Assembly: GCA_973895155.1 (NCBI GenBank)
Contig: OZ316897.1
Span: 6,498,370 to 6,562,369 of the forward strand
Length of the DNA stretch: 64,000 nt
Direction: 5' to 3'
DNA from: Marsupella aquatica
Lineage: Eukaryota > Plantae > Marchantiophyta
Shown here one piece after another: positions 29,141-40,900 of this stretch. The notes under the pieces are model-generated. The model ran no database searches. It saw nothing but the letters and a program-made list of their open reading frames with translations, and was not told the origin of the DNA. Numbering within the stretch: position 1 is the first letter of the stretch; the number at the start of each line of letters is the position of its first letter. The position numbers were made by a program, and so were the translations under genes.

Positions 29141-29976
29141 AGATAACCCATGCATTGCACATAGAAATTGAAGATGCAAGATAGGAAAAATTATAGTTTT
29201 TTAAAATTAATTTTTTTAGAGAATAAATAATTTACAGTTTCTTTATATTCAGAGTTTTTAAAAATTCCAATGTTTTTTCAGAATTTCCAATTTAATATAA
29301 ATCAATTAAATTATTTTTAAGTAAGTTTTTCATCTTGGGCAAGTACGGCCAGGCTAAAGGGAAGCTTGGATGGACATTTATTTTGGATGGGGTATGTGGA
29401 TAAATCTGTGTTAAAAACCAATGTTTGATGAAGGGTCAAAATTGGTTCACGCTTTTTTATTAGGGATTGGGCTAGGTACTATAGTGGTAAAACATGGTAG
29501 AGGGATTAGCAGTTCATATGCATGGATGATACCAAAAGGACTCTAGTGCATTGTAGCTCCCTTGTCTTGTTTGGAGAGAGTGTCACTCTTTCCTTCACAC
29601 TAAATATAAATATTTTTTGGTGTATTCGTTGGCTTTGTAAGATTCTTTACTTTTGGGGCCTGCAAATTCAAAAGAGGACCAATCTGTACAAGAGTGGGAC
29701 CTTGTATTATAATTTTTTATGGATACCAGATTGGTGACTACCCACCAATATAGTGCATGCATCTTGTGATCAGTTGTTGAAAAGATATGAAACAAATCAG
29801 AGAACAAACTACTATGTAAGTAAGCTGGAAAGAGGATATCATAGCTTATCCTCAAGCTTATCTCTTATGATCAAGGAACCATCACAAGAAAACTTGAGGT
29901 TAAGAACACTATTTTATTATGAAGAGATACTTAAATTGTTCTTCTCCTAGTCTAACGGTTTTTCTCGAATGTGTGA

Positions 29977-29997
29977 GGGGTTTAGGGTTTAGGGTTT
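29977..29997. repeat. Short interstitial (TTTAGGG)n telomere-like / telo-box tract
   Basis: ggggtttagggtttagggttt; a more degenerate tract lies at 26865-26891. Confidence 0.55.
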
Positions 29998-32538
29998 ACA
30001 TTCATTTGACCCTCACCAATTCCTATAAACCATGAAGAAGTTCCTCAGGTTTCTACTGGAAGACTGGACGCTACAGTGTCCTTGCTCTAAAGAATTTTCT
30101 CGTCCTCTGAAGATTGTACTTCAACTTGTAACTAGAACTAATTTTCCGGAAAGTTGGGTGGTAGTTCTTAACAAGACTGCATAACATTACTAATTCAATT
30201 GTTCATGGCTATGGTAGAAGTGATCCCTGATTGAGTGAACTTTTTCTACAGACTGGAAATAATGTAATAAGTTGGCAAACTCAAACAATGAAATAGAGCT
30301 AGCATTATTTAATTGTCTAATTTTTGCATAATGCTAGAATATACCCATGAAGCCCACATTGTTCTGGGTTAAGTCTCGAGGAAATATGGAAGGTGAACCC
30401 AGTACATGTTAGTGCAAGTCATACAAACACAAGCTTTGTAGAGTAGCTTCTTGAGGCCAGCCGTGATTACGGGCCCAAGTCATATCTATGTGAGCTTCGT
30501 ACAGTAGCTTCTTGAAATGAACACTCATTAATTAGGGGTCCAGTAAGAGACTTTGGTACATTTGACAAATCTGCGGATTATACACTTCATCCCATAAGCT
30601 CTAACCATTGGAGAATTTAAAACGTTTTCATGTGCAAGCACTTGTGTGAAATGTGCAAGAATTTGTGTGAAAGCTAGTGTGGGACTCAGGTGAAGACTTG
30701 TGTGGGATTGCATGCTTGGACGTTGGGTAATGCACAAAAATGTGCATCTCATTCACACCATCAAATCTTACGTGGTCCACAACAGATCAAGTGTTGTAAA
30801 TGAAAGGAAACATTTATACATACATGGCATGCCAAGGCATAATTAAAGTATATCTTCCATGGATCCATGTCATGCCAAAGTGGAAAACTACTACTAAGTA
30901 CTTTAAAAAAAATGCTCTCTGAGTCAAAAGGAAGACAACTTTTAGTTACTGGCTAGGTGGTTTATTTGACAACTTCATCTAACTTGTACTACTGGAATTG
31001 ACAAAACAGGCAAGTGCACACTTCACCAGGATGGTTAGGCCATAAATGACTATGGTACACATATCAACCAGAGAACACAAGAACCTTTAAGTCAGGTTGG
31101 ACTAGTCTAGAGTATTAGTAGCAACTTGTCAAGTGTTTTTGTGGGCAACAATCTCAAGAGCCTTTCTTGTGAGGACTCTAAGCGGATTGTAGAAGTGCCA
31201 CACTCCCCCACCAATCTAGTTATAGGTTGTGCATTATAACCTATGAGATTCATTTGGCACTGTCTATGGTAGCTACAACAAATTTGAAATTTTCTTTCTC
31301 TATTTCCAAACCTAAGAGGAAAACCCAGAAGTCAAAGCCCGTATGGACTGATACATGTCTATGAAGCCCTCATGGAAAAGTCAAACTTGGATGGACTGGA
31401 CTGAAACACAAATATGTTTTGTTACAGTTGTTTACCCTTCAGTCCATAAAGTACCCTGTCAGCAGCCACATCACCTCTTTGTTACAATTACCCTATCAAT
31501 GGCCAGATCACCACTTGTGTCCTGTTGTTAAAAAAATCACCAAATCTGGTAAATCTTAATGACCAGATTAGTAATGATTGCAATTTGGTTCATTCTCCCA
31601 ATAACTTTTTCACTCTGGATGGTTACTGCATCCAAATTGTTATTCAACTCTTCCTTGGAATGTCATTTATGGCATTCATACAATCCACTGCCCGAGTCAC
31701 ACAAGCTTGTCTGATCCCCACTTTTGGGTGGGTATTGATGTAAAATTTTCTCGCCCTTGGTGGGTTTGGACTAGTTTTACCGCTGCAGATCTACCAGGAA
31801 ATTTAATTTGTGGCCGGGAATGTTGTTCGGAATCCTATATTTCAGAGACTGACTCTTGTTACAAGGAGTGCTTTAGAGTACTTTGCCATTGCAGAGTTGC
31901 TAGGAATTTTCAAATGTACACACAAAATGAGAACCATCAGTCTACTTGATCCAGGTTCAAATTTGACTTTCACTTGCAAACAATCTTCTTCCTGTAACAA
32001 AAATGCACGTAAAATACCAATTAGAACTTTTACCATCAATTTGCACTCAGATTCTCTCATGATTACCTGTAAAGTGGTCAGTCTCTTTGTCAAATCCTTT
32101 GGGGAACATCACCGTCTAATGGGCACAAAAAAGCCCTCATTGCCTGGAAGGAGATTGCTGCTCCCAAAGCCTTGGGGGGACTCGGCATCTTGCCCTTCAA
32201 AGACCAAGCTCAAGCGTTGAAAATGCGACACATCTCCAAACTGATTGTTGGAGAAGACAGAGACTGGGTGAAAATGGCCAACAAGATTATCACAAAGGGG
32301 CTGAGATCTGGATCTCAAAAAAAAGAAAAGAAACAGTGGTCCACGACCTAAGCTTTGCTCTTGGACAAGGAGTTCACCATCAAAGGATCCCCCACACTGA
32401 AAGCGCTGCTGAAAGGGTGGACGGCTACCACGCCATACTTGAACTTCAATTTTGGGATAGGGACACTGCCCGAGACTCTCACCACCGAACAAACGGTGCT
32501 CTTGTACTCTAGAAACAACCAGTTGAGCACACAAGAAG

Positions 32539-32825
32539 CTCGGGGGGTTGACTATAAAAAATCTTAGGAACCACGTGCGATCCAAAATAGGTATTTTGGA
32601 TAGAACTTAATTGAATTTTTAAAAAGCGTAGGAGGCAAAAGAAGGTATTCTAAACTCATGTTTATAGAATATTCGTTAATATATACAGTTTATAAAGTAA
32701 AATAGGTCATTAATATTAAAAATAGAGAATATTCTTGGAATATTTTCTTTATAAAATAGGTCTATTTATATTAGACTAGGATCGCACGTGGTACCCCAAA
32801 ATATACACTTAGTTAACCCCCCGAG
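32539..32825. mobile_element. 287-bp MITE with ~45-bp imperfect TIRs and 8-bp TSD (hAT-like by TSD length)
   Basis: Ends are ctcggggggttgacta...ccacgtgcgatcc and ggatcgcacgtgg...tagttaaccccccgag. acaagaag is duplicated at 32531-32538 and 32826-32833. The core is AT-rich. Confidence 0.9.
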
Positions 32826-33246
32826 ACAAGAAGGCATTGACTTGAGGACCTATCTGGCCCGTCGCAAAATCAAGGGGATCAAGGACCTGTGGAATTCTCA
32901 GGACGGCTGGATTGACGAAGAAACCCTGCACTCCAGGGTGCGCAACAACAGACCACGAGGATCTGCTGCCTTCAATGCCTTCTACTGTTGAGCATAGACG
33001 ACGATCGCAACGGCAAGCCCATGAACCATCCAACGCACAATAGTCGACACAAGAGATACGTGGTTCACCTCCTTGAGGCTACGTCCACGGGAACACACAA
33101 GAGAGCTTTACTGAACTCTAAGCCCGTCGGCTATACCGAGTCTCCACAGTGTAAGCTCTCCCTATCTCTCAAGTGGCTCCATAACAATGAGCCTTGGTTC
33201 TACCTCTCCAAGCACACATGCCTCTTATGATATAGTGTGCAACTGA

Positions 33247-33370
33247 GTTGTACCTAACCACATAGTTGTACCTAATCACGTAGTTGTACCTAATCACATA
33301 GTTGTACCTAATCACGTAGTTGTACCTAACCACGTAGTTGTACCAACCCACGTTGTTGTACCAACCACGT
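33247..33370. repeat. 18-bp minisatellite (GTTGTACCTAAYCACRTA, ~7 copies) in the U3 of Copia C LTRs; second copy at 39320-39443
   Basis: Direct tandem units are visible in both LTRs. Confidence 0.92.
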
Positions 33371-33597
33371 CATACCTAACCTAGACGTAAGAGTAAATAC
33401 CCAACAATCTTCCCCTTGACTCTGGTCTAGGGGAGAGTAATACTGCCAATGTATATGATCCCTCAGCGGGAAGTTCTGGACAGAAACCAAACCGGTTTCC
33501 CTCTCTAACTAGAGCAAACCAGAACTAAGCCGTAGCCTAATACATAGGAATGAGGAAGAACATATATCAGTAATTACAATGAATGTTTAAGAAAACT

Positions 33598-36500
33598 CTA
33601 CTTGTGATGCAATTGCAAAACTTGCAATACGTCACGGTGTCTAGAGAAACTCTCCAAAGGAATCACTTTGGTAAATGCGTCAGCCGGGTTGAGTTTACCA
33701 TCAATATTGACTAGCTCAAACAAATTATCAGACACAGCCTGCCTGATAAAATGGTACCTGACGTCAATGTGCTTCACTCTGCTGTCCATCACCTGGTTCA
33801 CAGCAAGGTGGAGCGCACTTTGACTATCACAATGGAGCTTCACATTCCCCTGTGGCAATCCCATTTCAGTGATAAGTCTATCCAACCAAATCGCTTCCTT
33901 TGCTGCTTCCGCAGCTGCAACATACTCCGCTTCTGTAGTAGACTGAGCAATACACTTCTGCAAAGTAGACCTCCAACTTATGCATCCACCGCCAAGTGTG
34001 AACACGTATCCTGTTGTTGATCTCCTTCGGTCCAAATCTTGTCCATAGTCAGAATCTACATAGCCAATCAATGATCTAGCATTCTTTGCATTCGCATCAA
34101 ATAAAAGACCATGATCCACGGTACCCTTCAAGTACCTGATAATCCACTCACTGCTTCCCAGTGTACCTTCCCTGGATTCGACATGTACCTGCTCACCTTG
34201 CCCATAGCCATGGCAAGATCAGGTCTAGTGCAAGTCATCAAATACATGAGACTCCCCACTGCCTTGTCATATGGAACCTTTGACATCAACCCCTTCTCTG
34301 TGTCATCCGTAGGACAGAACGCTGATGATAACTTGAAGTGTGGAGCCAACGGGGTACTTACTGGCTTGCTATTCTCCATGTTGAACCTTGCAATTACCTT
34401 CCTCGCATAACTGCTCTGCGTCAACCATAGCTTGCCAGCCTCCAAGTCCCTAGTGATCTCCATACCCAAAATCCTCTTAGCTGGCCCTAAGTCCTTCATC
34501 TTAAACTCTGCACTAAGCAGTGCCTTGAGCTTAACAATCTCAGACCTATCCTTGGCTGCAATTAGCATGTCATCCACATAAAGTACTAAAACAATGAACC
34601 CAAAGACAACATTCTTCACCGATTTCAAATACACACAAGGGTCAAATACACTTCTGTGAAAACCTTGTGACCGAATCCAATCGTCAAACCGCTTGTTCCA
34701 CTGTCTTGGTGACTGCTTCAACCCATACAAGGATTTCAGCAATCTGCAAACCAATTCCTCCTGTCCTCTCTTCACAAAACCTAGTGGTTGTCTCATGAAG
34801 ATCACCTCTTCCAATGTGCCATAGAGGAAAGCTGTGACAACATCCATCTGATCTAGGAGCAGACCAAACATTACAACAAGTACACACAATAGTCGTATTG
34901 TAGAGTACTTAGCAACTGGTGAGAAGACCTCATTGTAATCCACACCTTTCTCTTGTGTGAATCCCTTTGCTACCAATCTAGCCTTGTAGACCTTCGATCC
35001 ACCTCCTATGGAATTATCCTTCAGCTTGTAAATCCACTTGCTGTCCACCACTTGCTGACCCTTAGGCAGCTTAACAAGCTCCCAAGTTTTGTTGTCCTTT
35101 AGTGACTGCATCTCCGTTTGCATTGCTGCAGTCCACTTCTGCTTCTCTTTTGAAGCACTTGCCTCATGAAATGAAGAAGGTTCTCCTTCTTCCAAAATTA
35201 ACGCATCACCCTCATCATCAGCTGTAAAATCATCCTCTTGCAGTTGAGATGAATCAACCCATTGTCCATACCTTGATGGAGCGCGTACAGTGCGACCAGA
35301 TGTTCTTCTAGCCGATGACTCCGGTTGATCTGCGTGTGCTGGTACAATTTGAAGCTCAACAGCATCCACTTGTTGCTCACCAGCATCAACAAACTCCTCT
35401 GGTTCCTCTGGCATAGGAACCAGCTCCATAATTGGAGCAACTCCTTCTCTCCGGTCATGCACCTCATAACCAATCTCCCCCTCAACGAGATCCGGGATAG
35501 GAGATTTTCCTTTGTCAGTACGGGAGACCTGAGTATTCTCCCCCTCCTTCAATAATCTGGATTCATTGAAGGAAACATCCCTACTGACAACGAGCTTACA
35601 GGCAATAGGATCCCATAGCCTATAGGCTTTCACACCACTCTGGTACCCAAGAAAAACACATTTCCTGGAGGTAGGATCCAACTTGGTCCTATTCTGCTTT
35701 GGTGTGAGAGCATATGCATCACTTCCAAAAATTACCAAGCCATGATAGTCTGCTTGCCGCTTATAGCGCATCTCAAACGGCGTTTTGAAATTGATAGCAC
35801 TAGAAGGAGAAAGATTTACCAAATAAGTTGCGGTATTGACAGCTTCTGCCCAAAATTCTTGTGGTAAACCTTATTGGCTCAACATACTCCGTGACCGCTC
35901 CAACAGTGTCCGATTGAGCCTCTTAGCGACACCATTCTGCTGCGGAGTATAAACTGTGGTGAGATGGCGAGTTATCCCCTGTTCTGAACAGTACTCTTCA
36001 AATTCCATTGAAGTGTACTCCCCGCCGTTGTCTGACCTCAGACTCTTCACCCTTGTATCCAAACACTTGATCGTGTTTCCAGTCTGATTCTCCACCTGGG
36101 CCTTCCACTTCTTAAAAATGGACAAGACATCAGACTTATGCATCATGAAATAAATCCACACAAATCTTGAGTAATCATCAATAAATGATACATAGTACAA
36201 CTTTCCAGAGTGTGAGGGAGTCGGGGATGGACCCCACACGTCACTATGTATGTACTCAATAACCGCTTTGGAACGATGAGTTCCAACACCAAAAGCACGA
36301 CGATGCTGCTTTCCAAGAATGCAATGCTCACAAAACTCTAATTTACAAGATTGCAAATCAGAAATGAGTCCATTCTTCCGTAAGATAGCCAAACCCTTCT
36401 CACTCATGTGGCCTAGCCGTGAATGCCACAGTTGAGTCATCTCCTCGTGAGACTTGGTTACATTGGCCTCTCCACATACAGTATTACCCTGTAACACATA

Positions 36501-36869
36501 CAAATTCTTTTGTCTACTCCCCTTCAAAATCACTGTCTCTCCCGATCTGACTTGAAGTTCACCATCAATAACGCTCCATTGATGACCATTTGAATCCAAC
36601 ACACCGAGTGAAATCAGATTCTTACGCATGCCAGGTACATACCTGACTCCGGACACTATGCGCACAGCGCCATCAAACATTTGAATCTTCACAGACCCAA
36701 TTCCCTCAATTTGACAGGAGTGATCATTTCCCATCAGAACTGAACCGTTTGAAACAGAGTAAGAACTGAAAAACTCACGAATGTAACAAATATGAAAAGA
36801 GCAAGCACAATCAAGAATCCACACATCATCTGCTCTCCTAGATGACGTGCACAGGGCATACCCCCGGCT
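33598..36869 (-). pseudogene. pol: Copia C Pol (PR-INT-RT-RNaseH), with one nonsense codon (35871-35873) and one 1-nt deletion frameshift (~34147)
   Basis: ORFs 35871-36824, 34128-35822 and 33598-34131 are collinear with copy A. The lesions were identified by comparing the two copies. Confidence 0.88.
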
Positions 36870-37904
36870 TCATAAAACATACTCATCATTGAGTAAATCA
36901 GCTTCTCCATCAGCCCTAGCCACATTTGCCGATGAAGTTTCCGCTGCCTTTCCCTTACAGTCTCGCTTGAAGTGTCCAACTTGGTTGCACTTCCAACATG
37001 TCACCTGCCTCCTCTGAGGGGATTTACCCTTGGACTTAGATCTGGATTTAGATCTAAACTGGGTTCTACGGTCCCCAGTTGGTCGCTGCATACTCCTCCC
37101 ACGGTTAACATTGAGGGCAGCACCAGATGATGAAGGCTGTGACGTGATGTGCATTTTCTGCTGAAGATCATCACTAAGCAGAGAACTTACCACGTCATTG
37201 TATGAAATGGTATCCCTATCACGATGCAACAACACTCGTGATAGGGACTGGTAAGATGGAGGCAATGAACTAAGAAGCTGCAGAGCCTTCGTCTCATCAT
37301 TCAAAGTCTCCCCAAGGTTTTCCAAGTCAACGACCATGTCGTTGAAAGCATCCACATGGTCTTGCAACTTCGTACCAGATTCCTTCATCCTGAAACTCAT
37401 CAGTTTGTAGGAAGTGTAGAGCCGGTTCGACAACTCCTTGCGGTGATACTTGCTCTGCAATTCCGCAAACAAGGACATGCAATCCTTATGTGCACCTAAC
37501 TGCTTGATGATGGGAGGCATGAGATAGAGTGTAACACACCACACTCCCTGCTCCTGCATGCGGTCCCATTGTTTCTCATCAACATCGTCTTCACGAGGGC
37601 TCAGCAGTTGGCCCATCCCTGACGCATAAAGCACTCCCTTCACCTGCTTCTCCCATAGCAAGTAGTCAGAGCGCCCATCATACTTTGTCACTTCATACTT
37701 GGGTCCCCCAAGCTTGAAAGTCCCCATCTTCTTCTTTACCGTGAGCTCCGGTAGTAGTACTGCTTCCTCCATCACACGCCGCACCAGTGATGGTATCGGT
37801 GTCACGTACTCTTCCTCCTGCTCCTCTCTCTGCCCCTGAAACCTCCGCGGTGATCCTCGTGCTTCAAGTTCCACGTCTTCGAAAAACTCCTCCGAATCAC
37901 TCAT
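36870..37904 (-). CDS. gag: Copia C Gag (344 aa, CCHC zinc knuckle), ends at TGA
   Basis: KYDGRSDYLLWEKQVK, LLSSLPPSY and CWKCNQVGHFKRDC. Confidence 0.88.
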   Translation of the reverse strand: MSDSEEFFEDVELEARGSPRRFQGQREEQEEEYVTPIPSLVRRVMEEAVLLPELTVKKKMGTFKLGGPKYEVTKYDGRSDYLLWEKQVKGVLYASGMGQLLSPREDDVDEKQWDRMQEQGVWCVTLYLMPPIIKQLGAHKDCMSLFAELQSKYHRKELSNRLYTSYKLMSFRMKESGTKLQDHVDAFNDMVVDLENLGETLNDETKALQLLSSLPPSYQSLSRVLLHRDRDTISYNDVVSSLLSDDLQQKMHITSQPSSSGAALNVNRGRSMQRPTGDRRTQFRSKSRSKSKGKSPQRRQVTCWKCNQVGHFKRDCKGKAAETSSANVARADGEADLLNDEYVL

Positions 37905-40900
37905 ATGAGAAAGTCACAAAAAATGTTGTTTTTCACAACTTCTCAAAAACCTCGAAACTCAACACCGCCGCGTAGCCCACAAAGCTAGGAGTCCAATACT
38001 GAAAACCAAAATCAAAATCGAAATTTGACGGAAAAGTTATTCAAATTTTGGTCGAGGTGGGTAAAACCTTGGGAAACTCCCCCGTTTTGACCACCTCAGG
38101 GAATAACCGAAATACCAAGTACAACCCGTTGTCGGAATTGCGATGTGATTGGTGTGCTGCATTGCCAACTTCAATGGCTACGACCTCGCCAAAAAATAAC
38201 CAAAAAAATTACCGTTCGGCGGATGAAATCTTTGTCGGACGGTCAAAAAATAGCTCTCTGGTTTTTTGGAATATTCTATGACCCTTGTACAGGCCCTGTG
38301 GGAATTTTGGAAGAACAATCGAGGGGCTGACATGTGTCCTCGAACCCCCAAAACCCCCTACCACCCTTCGTCGTCGAAATCTGGTCGCGCGCGCAGAAAA
38401 TACACACGGCAGAATGTACCCCTCGACACCAAACGCAAGATATCTCACTCGGGTTTTGACGAAATCAAGATCCGATTTCAGATTTGGAAACTAGACTCCG
38501 AGGCGATGAAGATCGATATAAGAAGCACCCAAAACGAGGAAAGAACGAGGGAGAAAAAAATTGGTAAAGATGACAGATTTCTCTCAATTGCCATAGCCAA
38601 TTTCGAATCAGTTTTTCAAAGAGAAAAAAATGGTACCTTGTCAACAACGAATGTTGATCAATTGCACTTGGTGTCGTCACCAAGTCCAACAAGGTAATTG
38701 ATTTTGCTTAGCCTTCCTCTTTGCATCAAAGAGCCAATCCCGGACTCAAAAACAATCGTCTTGCCTCAATCTCTCCGTTGAGTCAAAACACTTGACGCTT
38801 CTCCCTCCGAGTCGATTGCCAACTTTCTTCACAAAATCCAGAACGACGAAAACTTAGATCTCTCTGCACCACAAGCTCCGTTCAACGATTTCTTCACACC
38901 GTTAGAAAGCTCTTGCCCTGATCTATCCGTTGAGCCCATAAACTCCAAGTTCCATGCGATGGAACTCTGGAAAATCCACCAACACTCAACGCTGGAAAAA
39001 CCGTCATGAAATCCCGTCACGAACACACGTCACCTCCCAAGCATGCTCTGATACCAATTGTTGAGCATAGACGACGATCGCAACGGCAAGCCCATGAACC
39101 ATCCAACGCACAATAGTCGACACAAGAGATACGTGGTTCACCTCCTTGAGGCTACGTCCACGGGAACACACAAGAGAGTTTTACTGAACTCTAAGCCCGT
39201 CGGCTATACCGAGTCTCCACAGTGTAAGCTCTCCCTATCTCTCAAGTGGCTCCATAACAATGAGCCTTGGTTCTACCTCTCCAAGCACACATGCCTCTTA
39301 TGATATAGTGTGCAACTGAGTTGTACCTAACCACATAGTTGTACCTAATCACGTAGTTGTACCTAACCACATAGTTGTACCTAATCACGTAGTTGTACCT
39401 AACCACGTAGTTGTACCAACCCACGTTGTTGTACCAACCACGTCATACCTAACCTAGACGTAAGAGTAAATACCCAACATCTACAACGTGAAGACACGGT
39501 GTCCAGGTCTCAGTGAGGACAAGCTGCAGGACTGCAAGGACTGGCAGTGGTCCTGGCCCGGGAAGAACAGAAGCTGGAAATTCACTAAGAGAGTCTGGGT
39601 TCAATGTACTTTTACCCAATGCACAAGATGTGACAAAGCTGAACCGACGATGGGGACAGCTGAACACTTCCGAAGGCTGGCACACAAGGTGGAAGAAACT
39701 ATGGGGAGGATGGACCCTACCAAAAGTGAGATTTTTTATGTGGAGGCTCCTCAACCATGGCTTCTTTACCAATGGTAGAGGAAGCCACTGGAAGGTATGT
39801 GACGGGATTTGCGCATGGTGTAAATCTTGCTTTGAACACACTGAGCATATGTTTTTCTCCTGCGGCAAGGTGAAGGCCAGATGGGGGCAGGTCCAACAGA
39901 TCCTCCGGGGCTTCCCAACTCTCACATCGCCAGGCAGCACCCTCTTTTAGACTATCAACAATGCCATTCACATTCAAAAAAGGAGACCTGGTCCCTTGCT
40001 CATTGTGATGGAACTCTGCAACAGCATTTGGAACAAGCGGAATGCAGCCACTTACTCACAATTCCTGGGCCAACTCCCAGGATGGGTGATCCTCCGCTAC
40101 ACCAAGAGGCATCTTCACTCCATGAAATCCATTTGTTGCTCCCCCAAGAAAGCCAAACAGATTGACGTTGCTCTTAATCAACTGCAAATTGCGCTCCATC
40201 CTTGGGAACAAATTGAAAACCCTATTCCCCTCAATGACAATGTTGATGGTGAAAGAGCAGATTAAGACTGAGGATATCAAGGCTACCTCCCTTACCTACC
40301 AGTGGACTATTGGGTCCCCTCAGATTTCTGACTCCAGTTTAAACCGGACCAGGCAAATGACTGTTAGGAACACTGCTCTGAAATACCCCGAGCAGTCACA
40401 GGATCAAACTAGAAAGACCAATTCGACTAAGGGCCAAGTGGCTAGTAAGGGCAAGAGTAGTGATGGTAGAGATCAGGGGCCTCTGAAGCTCTGCACCTAT
40501 TGGTGGACCTTCGGTGACAGGTGGCCTGATTAGGTTGTTTTTGGTTGGTGTTTGCCGTTGACTGCGGCTGGCCCGCCGGGTGGCTTTTGTCCCCGGGGGC
40601 CGGGGGGGTTCCCCCTCCTTAATTAAAAAAAAGAAAAAAGAAAAAAAAAGCAATCCATCCAGGCTTTAACTCCAGAAGCCCAACTTCACAAACCTCTAAT
40701 GTAATTCATAATATCTTATCTGAAGTAGAATGAAGCTTTGTTGGAAACTAAAGTCCGAATGGCCTGCAACGTTGTCCTTGCCCATCTGAGTAAACTCATC
40801 GACCAGTTTACACTCAAAAGAAGAAGTGACCAACTGCCTTTGCAAGGATGTCTATCAATAATCTGTTTAGTTTGGTAGACTTGTCTGTTTATTTGAACAA

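Larger units (their letters stand above)
32986..39479 (-). mobile_element. Full-length young Ty1/Copia LTR retrotransposon copy C (6494 bp)
   Basis: 421-bp LTRs at 32986-33406 and 39059-39479 with 2 differences seen. TSD tctac at 32981-32985 and 39480-39484. tRNA-iMet PBS at 39045-39056, PPT at 33407-33418, and gag-PR-INT-RT-RH order. Confidence 0.97.
32090..40649 (+). mobile_element. 5'-truncated L1/Tx1-type LINE (ORF2 C-terminal part, zf-RVT, 3'UTR, poly(A)), interrupted by a MITE and a Copia element
   Basis: LWG...KKALIAWKEIAAPKALGGLG near 32100-32185. The frame rejoins across both insertions (LSTQE|GIDLRTY; AFNAFY|NVKTRC). WKKLW..PKVRFFMWRLL..CAWC...EHTEHMFFSC at 39690-39865; stop at 40265; A-rich tail at 40625-40649. 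The 5' boundary is approximate. Confidence 0.88.

Noticed and set aside
29950-32090. Possible decayed transposase or pseudogene on the minus strand
   Set aside because: Only vague MULE-like hints amid many stops; it cannot be supported without a profile search.
32085-32097. LINE target-site duplication (aaatcc vs caatcc at 40651)
   Set aside because: Only 5 bp match and the 5' boundary is uncertain.
33169-33424. Regularly spaced 18-bp repeats and YNYVIR-repeat ORFs (also at 39242-39424), superficially CRISPR-like or peptide-precursor-like
   Set aside because: The units are directly adjacent with no unique spacers and lie inside LTR U3; the context is eukaryotic.
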